This document shows, in pieces, positions 28,053 through 38,257 of a stretch of DNA of 64,000 bases. The position numbers were made by a program, and so were the translations under genes. Source of the stretch: Desulfobacterales bacterium (GTDB lineage Bacteria > Desulfobacterota > Desulfobacteria > Desulfobacterales > UBA5852); assembly GCA_963674755.2 (NCBI GenBank), contig CAXXVS010000001.1:192001-256000 (forward strand). The letters are read 5' to 3'. Position 1 is the stretch's first letter. Each line of letters starts with the position of its first letter. Under the pieces are notes generated by a model. The model saw only the letters and a program-made list of their open reading frames with translations. It had not been told where the DNA came from and made no database searches.

Positions 28053-28694
28053 ATGCCTTGCCCCGTTGATCCTGCAAATAACGATATTCTGCGCACGGTT
28101 CTGGATGCGATGCCATCGGCGGTTTTCGTGGTTGACGGCGACGTGCGCATCATTGACGTCAACCGGGCGGCGCGTGATTTGATCCGCTTGACCCGCCATA
28201 CGGCCCGGACCCCCGTGCGGGCCGGTGACGCCCTGCACTGCCTGAATGCCATCGATCATCCCGAGGGCTGCGGCCGGTCGGCCGACTGCGGCGACTGCGT
28301 CATCCGGGGGGCCGTGCAGGATGCCCTGACGGGCCAGCAAAGCTTCCGGCGGCGCACCCGCCTGCAGCTGCACCTGGAAGACCGGATCCAGGATGCTTAT
28401 TATCAGGTGACGGTTTCCGGCTTCCATTATCAGGGGCGCGATCTGGTGCTGCTGGTTCTGGAAGATATCAGTGAGTTTGCGGAATTGCGCAAGATCGTTC
28501 CCATTTGCGCCCAGTGTAAACGGATTCGTCAGGACGAGGACTATTGGCAATCAGTGGAAAGCTATGTCGGCCGCTTCATGGATCTGTCCTTCTCCCATTC
28601 CTACTGCCCGAGCTGTAAACAGGAGCTTCTGCGTTCCATCGATGCCGCCCATGGTGTTGCGCGACCCGATCCGATGGCGAGCCACGGCCGGTGA
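28053..28694 (+). CDS. PAS domain protein with C-terminal Cys-ribbon domain
   Basis: LDAMP..VFVVD; GDAL.C.N...GCG....C..C; PICAQCKRIR...YW..VE.Y...FSHSYCP.C. Confidence 0.85.
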   Translation: MPCPVDPANNDILRTVLDAMPSAVFVVDGDVRIIDVNRAARDLIRLTRHTARTPVRAGDALHCLNAIDHPEGCGRSADCGDCVIRGAVQDALTGQQSFRRRTRLQLHLEDRIQDAYYQVTVSGFHYQGRDLVLLVLEDISEFAELRKIVPICAQCKRIRQDEDYWQSVESYVGRFMDLSFSHSYCPSCKQELLRSIDAAHGVARPDPMASHGR

Positions 28695-28766
28695 TGCACC
28701 CCGACGGGATGATCCGCGGCATCCAGGGGTGATCCCATTTGCGCCGCGGGAATAGCAGGGGAGCCC

Positions 28767-29681
28767 ATGATTACACTTCTAGCGTGCCCACAAATGGCGG
28801 CCATGGCGGAGCGCATCACGGCCGCCCATCCGGAGATCCATCAGGGACGGATCCGGTGGGATCGGTTCGACGACGGTTATCCGGACATGCTGATTGAAGA
28901 TATCGAGGTGATTCGCCATCACGATCTGGCCTTTTTGGCGTCCCTCGAATCCCCCGCCGACATTTTTCCGCAATTGTCCGCCTTCTACGAGATCCCCCGC
29001 TATGCCGTAAAATCCTTCAAGATCGTGCTGCCCTATTATCCCACCGGCACCATGGAACGGGTGGATCGCGACGGCCAGATCGCCACGGCGGCCACCTTGG
29101 CCAAGATGCTCTCGAACATCCCCATGACGCTTTCCGGGCCGGCCCAGATCATCATTTTCGATATCCACGCCTTGCAGGAGCGGTTTTATTTTTCCGATCA
29201 GGTGATCCCCCGGCTGGAATCCGCCGTTCACCTGGTGCGGGACCAGCTGCGCCGTCTGGACCGACCGGCCGTGGCGTTTCCGGATGAGGGCGCCCTGAAA
29301 CGCTTCCGCCGGTGGTTTGAAGAATTCCCGCTGATCGTGTGCCATAAAACCCGCGACGGGCGTCAGCGCAACGTCCGCATCCAGGAGGGGCATCCCCGGG
29401 ACCGGCATGTGGTCATCGTCGACGATCTTGCCATGAGCGGCGGCACCTTGCTGGAGTGTCGCCGGTGCCTGTCGGCGGCCGGTGCCCGGGAGGTCAGCGC
29501 CTATGTGACCCATGCCGTGTTTCCCCGGGAGGCCTGGCGCAAATTCACCGCGGCCGGATTCCAACGCTTCTGGGTGACGGATTCGGTTCCCGGACAGGCA
29601 AAGGCCCTGGCGGAGCAGCCCCCGTTTGAAGTCCTGTCCCTGGATGAAACCATTTCCGGCCTGCTGATGCGGTCGGTATAA
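28767..29681 (+). CDS. prs: Ribose-phosphate pyrophosphokinase, class II (plant-like)
   Basis: PTGTMERV...GQIATA.TLA.MLSNIP; DIHALQERFYF; AFPDEGA.KRF; VIVDDL..SGGTL; YVTHAVFP. Confidence 0.85.
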   Translation: MITLLACPQMAAMAERITAAHPEIHQGRIRWDRFDDGYPDMLIEDIEVIRHHDLAFLASLESPADIFPQLSAFYEIPRYAVKSFKIVLPYYPTGTMERVDRDGQIATAATLAKMLSNIPMTLSGPAQIIIFDIHALQERFYFSDQVIPRLESAVHLVRDQLRRLDRPAVAFPDEGALKRFRRWFEEFPLIVCHKTRDGRQRNVRIQEGHPRDRHVVIVDDLAMSGGTLLECRRCLSAAGAREVSAYVTHAVFPREAWRKFTAAGFQRFWVTDSVPGQAKALAEQPPFEVLSLDETISGLLMRSV

Positions 29682-29748
29682 TGCCAGATGTGCCCGGCCT
29701 AATTTTTTAGAGCGTGAGGACTTCAGCGCCAACGAAAAGAGCAGCCTG

Positions 29749-32346
29749 ATGCCAGTTTTGACATGGATGCGAAACGCCCGCGAGCGGTTCCTTCAGGGAA
29801 CCTACGATCATTACAGCTGGCAGCTTCCGGCGCAGCTGGGGCCCATCCGGCGCTTCCTGCTGAAATTGCTCTTCGCCCACGTTTCCATCGAAGAAGACCA
29901 GCTGGAGCTCATCCGCAACCTGCCGGAAAATGCCGCCATCGTCTATGTCACCAAACACAAAAGCCGGCTGGAGCGGCTTTTCTTCCACTATTACATGCAG
30001 CGGCACGGGCTGTCCTGTCCGGAAATCGGTTTGTACTACCGCAGTTATATGTGGCAGCCCTTCCGGCGCCTGATGCGCATCGCGGTGGCCCGTCTGTCCT
30101 ATTTCCGGCGCCACTTCAAGCGTCCGAATCCGTTTGCGAGCGGCTACATCGCCCGTCAGATGGCCGCCGGCCAGCCGATCATGCTCTCCCTGGTGGAGAG
30201 CAACGAGTTTTACCGGCGCTACGTCCGGTCCCAGACCGATCCCCTGCGTTTTCTCGTGGAGCTGGAGAAGACCTTGGAGCGGCCCGTCTGGCTGGTTCCG
30301 CTGCTGATGTTCTTCCGCACCCGGCCGGTCTCGGCCCTTTCGGCACCCCTGGTGGGATCGGACCCCCGGGCGAGCCTGGCCCGCAAGTTGTGGAAACTGA
30401 TCCTCAATCCCGAAAAAGTGCTGGTGGAAGTCTCCGAACCCATCAATTTGCAGCGTTTTCTGATCAAGACCGGCCGCGAGGATAAATCCGCCGGGGCCCA
30501 GGCCATGGTTCTGCGGCACCGGCTCCTTGGCCAGATCACCCGGCACCGCCAGAGCATTACCGGACCCATCCTCAAGCCGGCCGAGGAAATCAAACAGCAC
30601 CTCCTGACCAACGAACGGCTGCGGGCCTTCATGGTGTCCTGGGCACGGCGTCGCAGCATGTCCATTCCCAAGGTTCAGCACGAGGCGCTCCAGTATGTGG
30701 AGGAGATTGCGGCGCGCCCCAATCCGTTGATGGTGAAGCTCGGCATGGGGGCGGTGCGCTGGATGCTGGACAACATGTTCGAAGGCCTGGATTTCAATCA
30801 GGACGGTTTCAACGCCGTGCGCCGGGCCTCCCGCAACGGCCCGCTGATCCTGATCCCCTGCCACAAAAGCCATGTGGACTACCTGGTGATTTCCTATCTG
30901 ATGCAGCGCAACAATCTGCCCTGCCCCCATACCTTCGCGGGCGCCAATCTCGCCTTCTGGCCCATGGGCCCCATCTTCCGGCGGGTGGGGGCCTTCTTCG
31001 TGCGCCGCTCGTTCAGCGGGGCTGTTTTCTACGCCAAAGTGTTTTCGGAATACATCCACATGCTTCTGGAACAGGGCTTCAACATCGAGGTCTTTATCGA
31101 GGGCACCCGCAGCCGCAACGGAAAGCTGCTGCTCCCCAAACTGGGGATGCTGTCGATTCTGCTCAACGCCATCCAGAACGGGGCCTGCCGCCATGTGACC
31201 TTCGTGCCGATCTATATCGGCTACGACCGGGTGCCCGAGATTGGCGCTTATGTCCAGGAGGTGGAAGGGGGCAGCAAGGAGCCGGAGAGTTTCTGGCAGA
31301 TGATCCGGGCCCGCAATATGCTTAAAAAGCGTTTTGGCAAGATTTACATCAAATTTTGCGACCCCATCGCCCTGCGGGACCTGGAAAACGAATACGGCTC
31401 CCCGGTGGTCGACATGCGGGCCAAGGATATCCGCACCCTGACCCGCGATTTGGGCGACCGGGTGCTGCGGGCCATCGACCGCCATACCGTCGTGACCCCC
31501 CAGGCCCTCGTGTCGGCAGCCCTGCTGAACAGTGCCCACAAGGTGGTCACGCGCGAGCAGATCGATTTCTGCGTGGACACCTACATGCGCTACCTGGAGA
31601 CCATGCAGATCGCCTGCGCAGAGACCCTGCTGTGGGATACCGGGCGGGCCGTTAGCCACATCTTAAACGGGTACATCCAGCAGAAGCTGCTGCGCCCGGT
31701 TTCCAAAAAGGACGACCCGGAAGGCCGCGAGACCCATTTCCATCTGGCTGTCGGCAAACGGCCGGACCTGGATTATTATAAAAACAGCGGCATCGGGCCT
31801 TTCGTGCCGGCCGCCATGACCGCCCTGGCAATTCTCTCACTGGATGCGTTTCAGTTCGCCTCCGACAATCTCCATGACCACTATCGGTTTCTGCGGCATC
31901 TTTTCCAAAACGAATTCTCTTCCGGTGGCGAAGCCGTCGATACCCGCGTCCGCAAGACGCTCAAGGGCTTTATGGCCGATGCCATCCTGGTGCCCCATCC
32001 CCGCCTGCCGGATACCTACAATCTGACCTCGGAAGGATTCCGCAAGCTGAAATGCTTCGCCGGTTTTCTGGCGACCTTTCTGGAGTCCTATCTGATCGTG
32101 CTGACATTTTTTGAAGCCACGGACGATCCCCCGGAAGACGGCGCCGCGCGTTTGAAACAGATCCAGTATTTCGGCGCCAAGCTTTTCAAGCGCCAGGAAG
32201 TTGTCCGCAAAGAGGCCCTCTCCAAGATCAACTATCTCAACGCCGTTGATTTCTACCTGAAAAGCGGGATCCACAAGCATGCCAACGGCGACTTGACGGC
32301 AACGCTTGCGACGATTCGCCGCTGTATGAAGCATCTGCCCCTCTAA
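29749..32346 (+). CDS. plsB: Glycerol-3-phosphate acyltransferase (PlsB-type)
   Basis: PCHKSHVDYL (HX4D); AG.NL.FWP.G; GAFFVRRSF; FIEGTRSR.GK. Confidence 0.88.
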   Translation: MPVLTWMRNARERFLQGTYDHYSWQLPAQLGPIRRFLLKLLFAHVSIEEDQLELIRNLPENAAIVYVTKHKSRLERLFFHYYMQRHGLSCPEIGLYYRSYMWQPFRRLMRIAVARLSYFRRHFKRPNPFASGYIARQMAAGQPIMLSLVESNEFYRRYVRSQTDPLRFLVELEKTLERPVWLVPLLMFFRTRPVSALSAPLVGSDPRASLARKLWKLILNPEKVLVEVSEPINLQRFLIKTGREDKSAGAQAMVLRHRLLGQITRHRQSITGPILKPAEEIKQHLLTNERLRAFMVSWARRRSMSIPKVQHEALQYVEEIAARPNPLMVKLGMGAVRWMLDNMFEGLDFNQDGFNAVRRASRNGPLILIPCHKSHVDYLVISYLMQRNNLPCPHTFAGANLAFWPMGPIFRRVGAFFVRRSFSGAVFYAKVFSEYIHMLLEQGFNIEVFIEGTRSRNGKLLLPKLGMLSILLNAIQNGACRHVTFVPIYIGYDRVPEIGAYVQEVEGGSKEPESFWQMIRARNMLKKRFGKIYIKFCDPIALRDLENEYGSPVVDMRAKDIRTLTRDLGDRVLRAIDRHTVVTPQALVSAALLNSAHKVVTREQIDFCVDTYMRYLETMQIACAETLLWDTGRAVSHILNGYIQQKLLRPVSKKDDPEGRETHFHLAVGKRPDLDYYKNSGIGPFVPAAMTALAILSLDAFQFASDNLHDHYRFLRHLFQNEFSSGGEAVDTRVRKTLKGFMADAILVPHPRLPDTYNLTSEGFRKLKCFAGFLATFLESYLIVLTFFEATDDPPEDGAARLKQIQYFGAKLFKRQEVVRKEALSKINYLNAVDFYLKSGIHKHANGDLTATLATIRRCMKHLPL

Positions 32347-32714
32347 CAGGCCGTGGATAAACGGCGCATCGGGCCGGGGCTTGCTTTTGGCCCCGATACG
32401 TGCTTGTCCACGACCTGCTTATCCTGATCCTGTTGCCCCGGCCCGAGCCCCTTCATAACACCATCGCTTTTATGAACCGGGCCACTGAAGCCGGGCGGTT
32501 TTTTTTTGATACCATTGTTGTCCTGTGATACAGACCATCGAAGGCAGCGGCAATACATTCAATCCGTTTCAAGGGCCATCGGGAGCGCCGACGGCCGTAC
32601 GATCACCTTCACCAACACGGTGGGCCGCCTGAACTGCGCCCATCCGTTCCGCAACGCATACGGCATGCCGATTACCGAAGCGATTGACCACCCGAACGCA
32701 AGGATCTGCGCACC

Positions 32715-34046
32715 ATGAAGTCATCTCCGCCTGCTCCATCGCGACCGCCTTCCCCCATAGAAATCTTGCAGCACCTGATTCGTTTCGACACCTCCAATCC
32801 CCCCGGCAATGAGACGCCCTGCATTCATTATATCCGTGATCTGCTGGCGGCCTTCGGCATCGAAGCCCGTATCCTGGCCAAAGTCGCTGAACGGGCCAAT
32901 CTGGTGGCCCGCATCAAGGGGCGGGGCGCCGCCCCGGGGCTGATGTTGTATGGTCACGCGGACGTGGTCACCACCGCCCATCAGGCGTGGACCCACCCGC
33001 CCTTTGCGGGGCGCCTGGCGGACGGCTATGTGTGGGGCCGCGGGGCCCTGGACATGAAGGGCGGGCTGGCCATGATGCTTTCCGCCGTTTTGGACCTGGC
33101 GGTGCATCACTACCAGCCGGCCGGCGATATTCTATTGGTCATCCTGAGTGACGAGGAAAATGGCGGCCGCCTGGGGGCCGGCTTCCTGGTGGAAGACCAT
33201 CCGGAGCTTTTCCGCGATACGCGTTATGCGGTCGGGGAATTCGGCGGGCATACGAACTACATCGGTTCCCAGCGGTTTTATCCGATCCAGATCGCCGAGA
33301 AGCAATTGTGCTGGATGAAGGCCACCTTGCGCGGTCCCGGCGGACACGGGGCACGCCCCATGCGCAACGGCGCCATGGCCGGCCTGGGGCGCATGCTGAG
33401 CGCCCTGAACCGCCGGCGCCTGCCAGTGCATGTCACACCGCCGGCCCGGCAGATGGTGGAGGCCGTGGCGGCGTCTCTGCCGGGTCTGCGGGGTGCGGTG
33501 CTGCGTCAGCTCTGCACGCCGCGGCTCACCGATCCCCTGCTGAAATTGATGGGGGAGAACGGGAAAAGCTTCGAACCCCTCTTCCGCAACACGGTGAATG
33601 CCACCATCGTCAGGGGCGGGGAGAAGATCAACGTCGTCCCCAGTGAAATCGAGGTGGAGCTGGACGGGCGCTTGCTGCCAGGCTTCGGGCCGGAAGACCT
33701 TATGGCCGAACTGCGCGCGATCATCGGCGCGCAGGCCGAACTGTCCGTCACCCTATTCGAACCCGGCCCCGCCACGCCGGACATGCACCTGTTCGATTTC
33801 CTGGCCGGGGTCCTGAAAGACATCGACCCGGAGGGCACACCGATCCCCCTGCTCATGCCGGCTTTTACCGATGCCCGCTATTTTGCCCGCCTCGACATTC
33901 AGAGCTACGGCTTCACACCCATGAAGCTGCCGCCGGAGTTCAATTTCTTCGCGACCATCCACGGTGCGGATGAACGCATTCCCGTGGACGCCCTGGAATT
34001 CGGCGCCCGGGCGATGCGCGAAGTCCTGCAGCGTTACCCGGGCTGA
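32715..34046 (+). CDS. M20 family metallopeptidase/deacylase
   Basis: DTSNPPGNE; GH.DVV; GRGALDMKG; DEE; HG.DERI. Confidence 0.92.
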   Translation: MKSSPPAPSRPPSPIEILQHLIRFDTSNPPGNETPCIHYIRDLLAAFGIEARILAKVAERANLVARIKGRGAAPGLMLYGHADVVTTAHQAWTHPPFAGRLADGYVWGRGALDMKGGLAMMLSAVLDLAVHHYQPAGDILLVILSDEENGGRLGAGFLVEDHPELFRDTRYAVGEFGGHTNYIGSQRFYPIQIAEKQLCWMKATLRGPGGHGARPMRNGAMAGLGRMLSALNRRRLPVHVTPPARQMVEAVAASLPGLRGAVLRQLCTPRLTDPLLKLMGENGKSFEPLFRNTVNATIVRGGEKINVVPSEIEVELDGRLLPGFGPEDLMAELRAIIGAQAELSVTLFEPGPATPDMHLFDFLAGVLKDIDPEGTPIPLLMPAFTDARYFARLDIQSYGFTPMKLPPEFNFFATIHGADERIPVDALEFGARAMREVLQRYPG

Positions 34047-34195
34047 GCGGTGCGGCCCGGGATGCGCAATGCCTTATCGGTGCTCCGGACAACGATCAAT
34101 GGCTGTAAGCGGCCGGCACCGGATCCTGTGTCCACGGCGTGGAGGTTAGATCCCTGAAACCGGCCGAGCATACCTTTCAGGCAGCACCGCACAAA

Positions 34196-34528
34196 ACCCT
34201 GGTGCCGTTGAGCGCCCGCCCGCTGTTTTTCCCGGCCTGGCGCGCGGCGATCCTCGTGCAGCCGGCCAATGCCCTGGCCTTTGCCAGCGACGGCATCAAC
34301 TGGGACAGCAGCGACTTCCGCTACCTGCGCAACGTCATGATCGCGGTAAGCCTGCTGAGCGGTGTGGCCATCCTCCGTCTCGACCTGACCCCACCGGGGG
34401 CCCTGGTCTGGATCTGGGGGATCACGGGCGGCTGGGTTGCGGGCCGGGCCGCCTTGGGTGTGCTGCGGATTTGGCCCGGAATAGGCCAAAGTCCGTTTGC
34501 GCCGGGGGCCAATCTCTGGCATAACTGA
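34196..34528 (+). pseudogene. C-terminal remnant of a MATE/DinF-like transporter
   Basis: QP.NALAFASDGI.W...DFRYLRN.M...W.W......R...G.LR resembles the last MATE helices; no credible 5' part. Confidence 0.5.
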
Positions 34529-34586
34529 TCCGCACGGCTCGCAGGGAGCCGGAACCGGATTAGAAATTTTATCAAAGGACACACCC

Positions 34587-35486
34587 ATGCTGGCAGTCGA
34601 CCTTCACGGGCGCCGGGCCCTGGTGGCAGGCGTCTCCGATGATAAGGGCTATGGTTTTGCCATCGCCAAGGCGTTGGCCGAGGCCGGGGCTTCGGTCTCG
34701 GTGGGGACTTGGCCGCCGACCTGGAACATCTTTGCCAAACTGATCGAACGGGGCAAAATGGACCGCGCCCGCACGATGCGCGACGGCCGCCTGCTGGAAT
34801 TCGAACGCATCTACCCGTTGGACGCGGCCTTCGATACCCTGGACGATGTGCCGGACGATATCCGGGCAAACAAGCGCTACCAGAATGTGGGCGATTACTC
34901 CATTGCCGGACTGGTCTCCCGCTGGCGGGAGGATTTTGGCGAAGCCGCGTTGGATATCGTCGTCCATTCCCTGGCCAACGGCCCCGAGGTGCGCTATCCG
35001 CTGATCGACACCAGCCGCAACGGTTATCTCACCGCCCTGAGCGTGAGCGCCTATTCGTTGGTGGCCATGGTGCGGCAGATGGCGCCCCTGATGACCTCCG
35101 ACGGCGCCTTGCTGGCCCTGACCTATCTGGCCAGTCAGCGGGTCATACCGGGTTATGGCGGCGGCATGAGTTCCGCCAAGGCGGCCCTGGAGAGCGATGT
35201 CCGGGTGCTGGCCCATGAGGCCGGACGCCGCCACGGCCTGCGTGTCAACTGTATTTCCGCCGGGCCCCTGGCTTCCCGGGCGGCGTCCGCCATCGGCGCG
35301 ATCGATCGCATGGTGGCCTATGTGGCCGAGAATGCGCCCTTGACCGAGCCCCTGCGGGCCGAAGAGGTCGGGCAGGCCGCGGCTTTTCTTTGCAGCCCGC
35401 TGGCCAGCGGCATCACCGGCACGGTGGTCTACGTGGACAAGGGCTACCATGCCATGGGGATGCCGGTTGACCAGCAGTTGCTTTGA
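34587..35486 (+). CDS. fabI: Enoyl-ACP reductase, plant/chlamydial-type FabI
   Basis: AGV.DD.GYG..IAK; VGTWPP; YPLDA.FD; VHSLANGPEV; PGYGGGMSSAKAALESD; ISAGPL.SRAA. Confidence 0.92.
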   Translation: MLAVDLHGRRALVAGVSDDKGYGFAIAKALAEAGASVSVGTWPPTWNIFAKLIERGKMDRARTMRDGRLLEFERIYPLDAAFDTLDDVPDDIRANKRYQNVGDYSIAGLVSRWREDFGEAALDIVVHSLANGPEVRYPLIDTSRNGYLTALSVSAYSLVAMVRQMAPLMTSDGALLALTYLASQRVIPGYGGGMSSAKAALESDVRVLAHEAGRRHGLRVNCISAGPLASRAASAIGAIDRMVAYVAENAPLTEPLRAEEVGQAAAFLCSPLASGITGTVVYVDKGYHAMGMPVDQQLL

Positions 35487-35520
35487 TTCGATAACCTTTG
35501 GTTAACATGAGGATGGGATC

Positions 35521-35940
35521 ATGAAAACGGTGTTGCGTTTTAAGCGTAGCGGGGTCGTCGGGGGGCTTGTCCTTCTGCTGCTGGCCGGTATTCCGACGGT
35601 GGCCCCATGTCAGTCAACCGCCTTTACCGTGGCGCGGCTGGTAACCTGTGAAGCTGTTCGGGACCGCACTCCCGTCAATGTGACGGAAGTCTTCCCGGCA
35701 GGAACGGAAACCGTATACTGTTTTCTCGAAGCACGCGATATCGCCCAGCCCACCGACGTCAAAATGGTCTGGTACCATGGCGACCAGGAAGTGGCCCAGG
35801 TCCCCTTGGCCATCGGCCAGGGCCTGCGCTGGCGCACTTACGCCAGCAAAGAAATGATGGGCATGAAAGGCAATTGGAAGGTTTATCTCGTGGATGCGGC
35901 CGACAATACCTTGGCTTCGGTTCAGTTCGTTCTGGAATGA
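35521..35940 (+). CDS. Secreted DUF2914-like protein
   Basis: Signal peptide; V.DR.P; YCF; VWY; RWRTYASK; G.WKV. Confidence 0.8.
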   Translation: MKTVLRFKRSGVVGGLVLLLLAGIPTVAPCQSTAFTVARLVTCEAVRDRTPVNVTEVFPAGTETVYCFLEARDIAQPTDVKMVWYHGDQEVAQVPLAIGQGLRWRTYASKEMMGMKGNWKVYLVDAADNTLASVQFVLE

Positions 35941-36016
35941 GGGGCTCCGCTCGATCGGGAACCGCTCCTGATACCAGCGGTCCATCCGACAAAATGGGAA
36001 GGGCAGCCCTTTGATC

Positions 36017-36856
36017 ATGCGTGATGTCGCAAGGGGACAAGGCAAGGCCGCCATCCTGGCCATCGGTCTGGCATCGGCCCTGGTGGTGGGGGTCCTGGAC
36101 TACCTGGCGGGCCGCCAGTTCCCGTTGACGGCCGTCTATCTGCTGCCGATCTGTTTTGTGGCCTGGCAGGCCGGCGAAGGGGCCGGCCTCCTGCTGGCCT
36201 TCTTGTGTGCCGCGATCTGGTTCGCCGCCGGCCACTATGCCGGCCGCCTCTTTTCTTCCTCGCTGGCGATGCTCTGGCAGTTACTTTCCATGACCGTCAT
36301 GGCCGCGGCCTTTGCGGTTCTTTCGGCACGTCTGCGCAAGGCCCGGTCGCGCACCCAGGCCCTGTCGCTGGTTGATTTCTTAACCGGCGCCCTGAACAGT
36401 CGCGCCTTCTACAACATCATCGAGAACGAACACCGCAAGAGCACGCGCTACGAACGTCCCATGACGCTGGTCTATATCGGGCTGGATCATTTCAAGCGCG
36501 TCAACGACCGCTTCGGCCATACCACCGGCGATACGGTGCTGCTCAAGGTGGCGCGTACCATGATGAAGGCCTTGCGCGCCACCGACCATGTGGCCCGCCT
36601 GGGCGGCGATGAATATATCGTCCTGTTGCCGGAAACCGACCGCGAGGCCGCCAGAAACGTTGTCCCCAAGATTGGCGAGCGCCTGACGGTTGAAATGGAA
36701 GACAACGGCTGGCCGATCACCATGAGCGTGGCCGTGGTCACCTTTGTGCGGATGCCGCCTACGGCGCATGAAATGATCCAGATGGCGGAGAAATTGATGC
36801 GGGTTGTCAAAAAGGGCGGCAAAAATGCGGTCCGCTACGCATCCTACAAGGGATAG
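36017..36856 (+). CDS. Membrane GGDEF-domain protein, partly degenerate
   Basis: ~4 TM helices; D.LTG..N.R; FK.VND.FGH..GD; RATD I-site; GGDEY. Confidence 0.88.
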   Translation: MRDVARGQGKAAILAIGLASALVVGVLDYLAGRQFPLTAVYLLPICFVAWQAGEGAGLLLAFLCAAIWFAAGHYAGRLFSSSLAMLWQLLSMTVMAAAFAVLSARLRKARSRTQALSLVDFLTGALNSRAFYNIIENEHRKSTRYERPMTLVYIGLDHFKRVNDRFGHTTGDTVLLKVARTMMKALRATDHVARLGGDEYIVLLPETDREAARNVVPKIGERLTVEMEDNGWPITMSVAVVTFVRMPPTAHEMIQMAEKLMRVVKKGGKNAVRYASYKG

Positions 36857-36905
36857 AAGGGGCTATCGCGTTTGCCGCGGCACCGGCCGCCCCCTATCCT
36901 TCCAC

Positions 36906-37155
36906 TATAAGTTATCTCAAAAAAGTCTTTTGGCCCGATCCGCCAGAAGCGGACAAGTCCTCTGAAGGCGGATAAATCTCGGCGTTGGACGCTCGTTTCA
37001 TGTCATTGAAATACCGACGTATTCCTGCGGATGCGCCCACCGCAAAGAATTCATCGGATGGGAAGTCCCGTCTATCGGGATAATATCCAGCGAAGCTGGA
37101 AAACGCGTGTCCGCCTTGATCTGGAACCAAAATCCTGATTTTGAGATGGCTTCTA
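36906..37155. mobile_element. MITE-like element, copy 1
   Basis: Terminal IRs TATAAGTTATCTCAAA...TTTGAGATGGCTTCTA with TA ends; homologous (inverted) to 44762-44954. Confidence 0.75.
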
Positions 37156-37177
37156 ATGAAGCCTCGGAGGTTCCCCC

Positions 37178-38257
37178 ATGGCCAGAATCGTGTACGGTGT
37201 TTCCGGCGAAGGCTCCGGCCATTCTTCACGGGCACGGGTTGTCGCAGCCCATCTCGAGGCCCGGGGGCACCGTGTCACGATTGTCAGCTATGGCCGCGGT
37301 TACGAAAATCTCCACGATCGTTTCGATGTTTTCCAGACCGAAGGCTTGCATATTGCCACCCGTGACAACGAAGTTTCCAAAAGACGAACCTTCCTGGACA
37401 ACCTTCAGCGGCTGCCCCAGGGCCACCGCAAGCTGAACGCCATCAAAAAAGACCTGTTCCAGGATGATCCGCCTGAAGTAGTTCTCACGGATTTCGAGCC
37501 CATGACGGCCTATCTGGCCCATCACTACGACCGGCCCCTGGTGACCATCGACAACCAGCACCGCCTGCGCTACATGACTTATCCCTGTCCGGCCGACCTG
37601 AAGGCCGATCAACTGCTGACGGAAAACATCATCCGCGCCATGGTGCCGCGTCCGGATGTCTCGCTGGTGACCACCTTTTACTTCGGTGAAACGCGCAATG
37701 ACCGTACCTTTCTCTTCCCCCCACTTTTACGGGACGAGGTGATGGACCTCGTCCCGGCGGAAGAGGGCCATGTGCTGGTCTATTTGACAAGTGGTTTCAG
37801 CTCATTTCTGGATTCGCTCAGAACCTTCAAGCGCGAGCGGTTTGTCGTTTACGGTTGCGGCCCGGACCGCGAAGAAGGCCATTTGCATTTCAAGGCCCCC
37901 AGCCGGGAAGGATTTCTGCAGGATCTGGCCGGCTGCAAGGCGGTCATGGCCACGGCGGGCTATACCCTCATCACCGAAGCACTTCATCTGCACAAGCCCT
38001 ATCTGGCCCTGCCTATGCGCGGCCAATTCGAGCAGGAGATCAACGCCTTTTTCCTGGAACAGTCGGGCTATGGCCGCAACCTGCGGCAGGCAACGCCGGA
38101 AGGCATCGGCGATTTTCTCTATGGTCTTCCCGAATACAAGGCCCGGCTGTCCGAGTATCCCGGATCAGACAACACGGCCCTGCTAGGCATGCTGGATCAG
38201 TTGCTGGAAAACGAGGGCGAACTGGCCCGCGCCTTTCATCAACGGCGCACCGCTTAG
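37178..38257 (+). CDS. MJ1255/VC2487-like GT-B glycosyltransferase
   Basis: I.YGV.GEG.GH.SR; TDFEP; IDNQH; G.TLI.EAL.L.KP; GQFEQ..NA. Confidence 0.88.
   Translation: MARIVYGVSGEGSGHSSRARVVAAHLEARGHRVTIVSYGRGYENLHDRFDVFQTEGLHIATRDNEVSKRRTFLDNLQRLPQGHRKLNAIKKDLFQDDPPEVVLTDFEPMTAYLAHHYDRPLVTIDNQHRLRYMTYPCPADLKADQLLTENIIRAMVPRPDVSLVTTFYFGETRNDRTFLFPPLLRDEVMDLVPAEEGHVLVYLTSGFSSFLDSLRTFKRERFVVYGCGPDREEGHLHFKAPSREGFLQDLAGCKAVMATAGYTLITEALHLHKPYLALPMRGQFEQEINAFFLEQSGYGRNLRQATPEGIGDFLYGLPEYKARLSEYPGSDNTALLGMLDQLLENEGELARAFHQRRTA

Noticed and set aside
32506..32718. 70-aa ORF upstream of the M20 peptidase
   Set aside because: No RBS or recognisable family; possibly a remnant.
36912..37235. ORFs across the MITE copies (also 44751-44948)
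   Set aside because: They are translations of the non-coding repeat; no transposase motifs.
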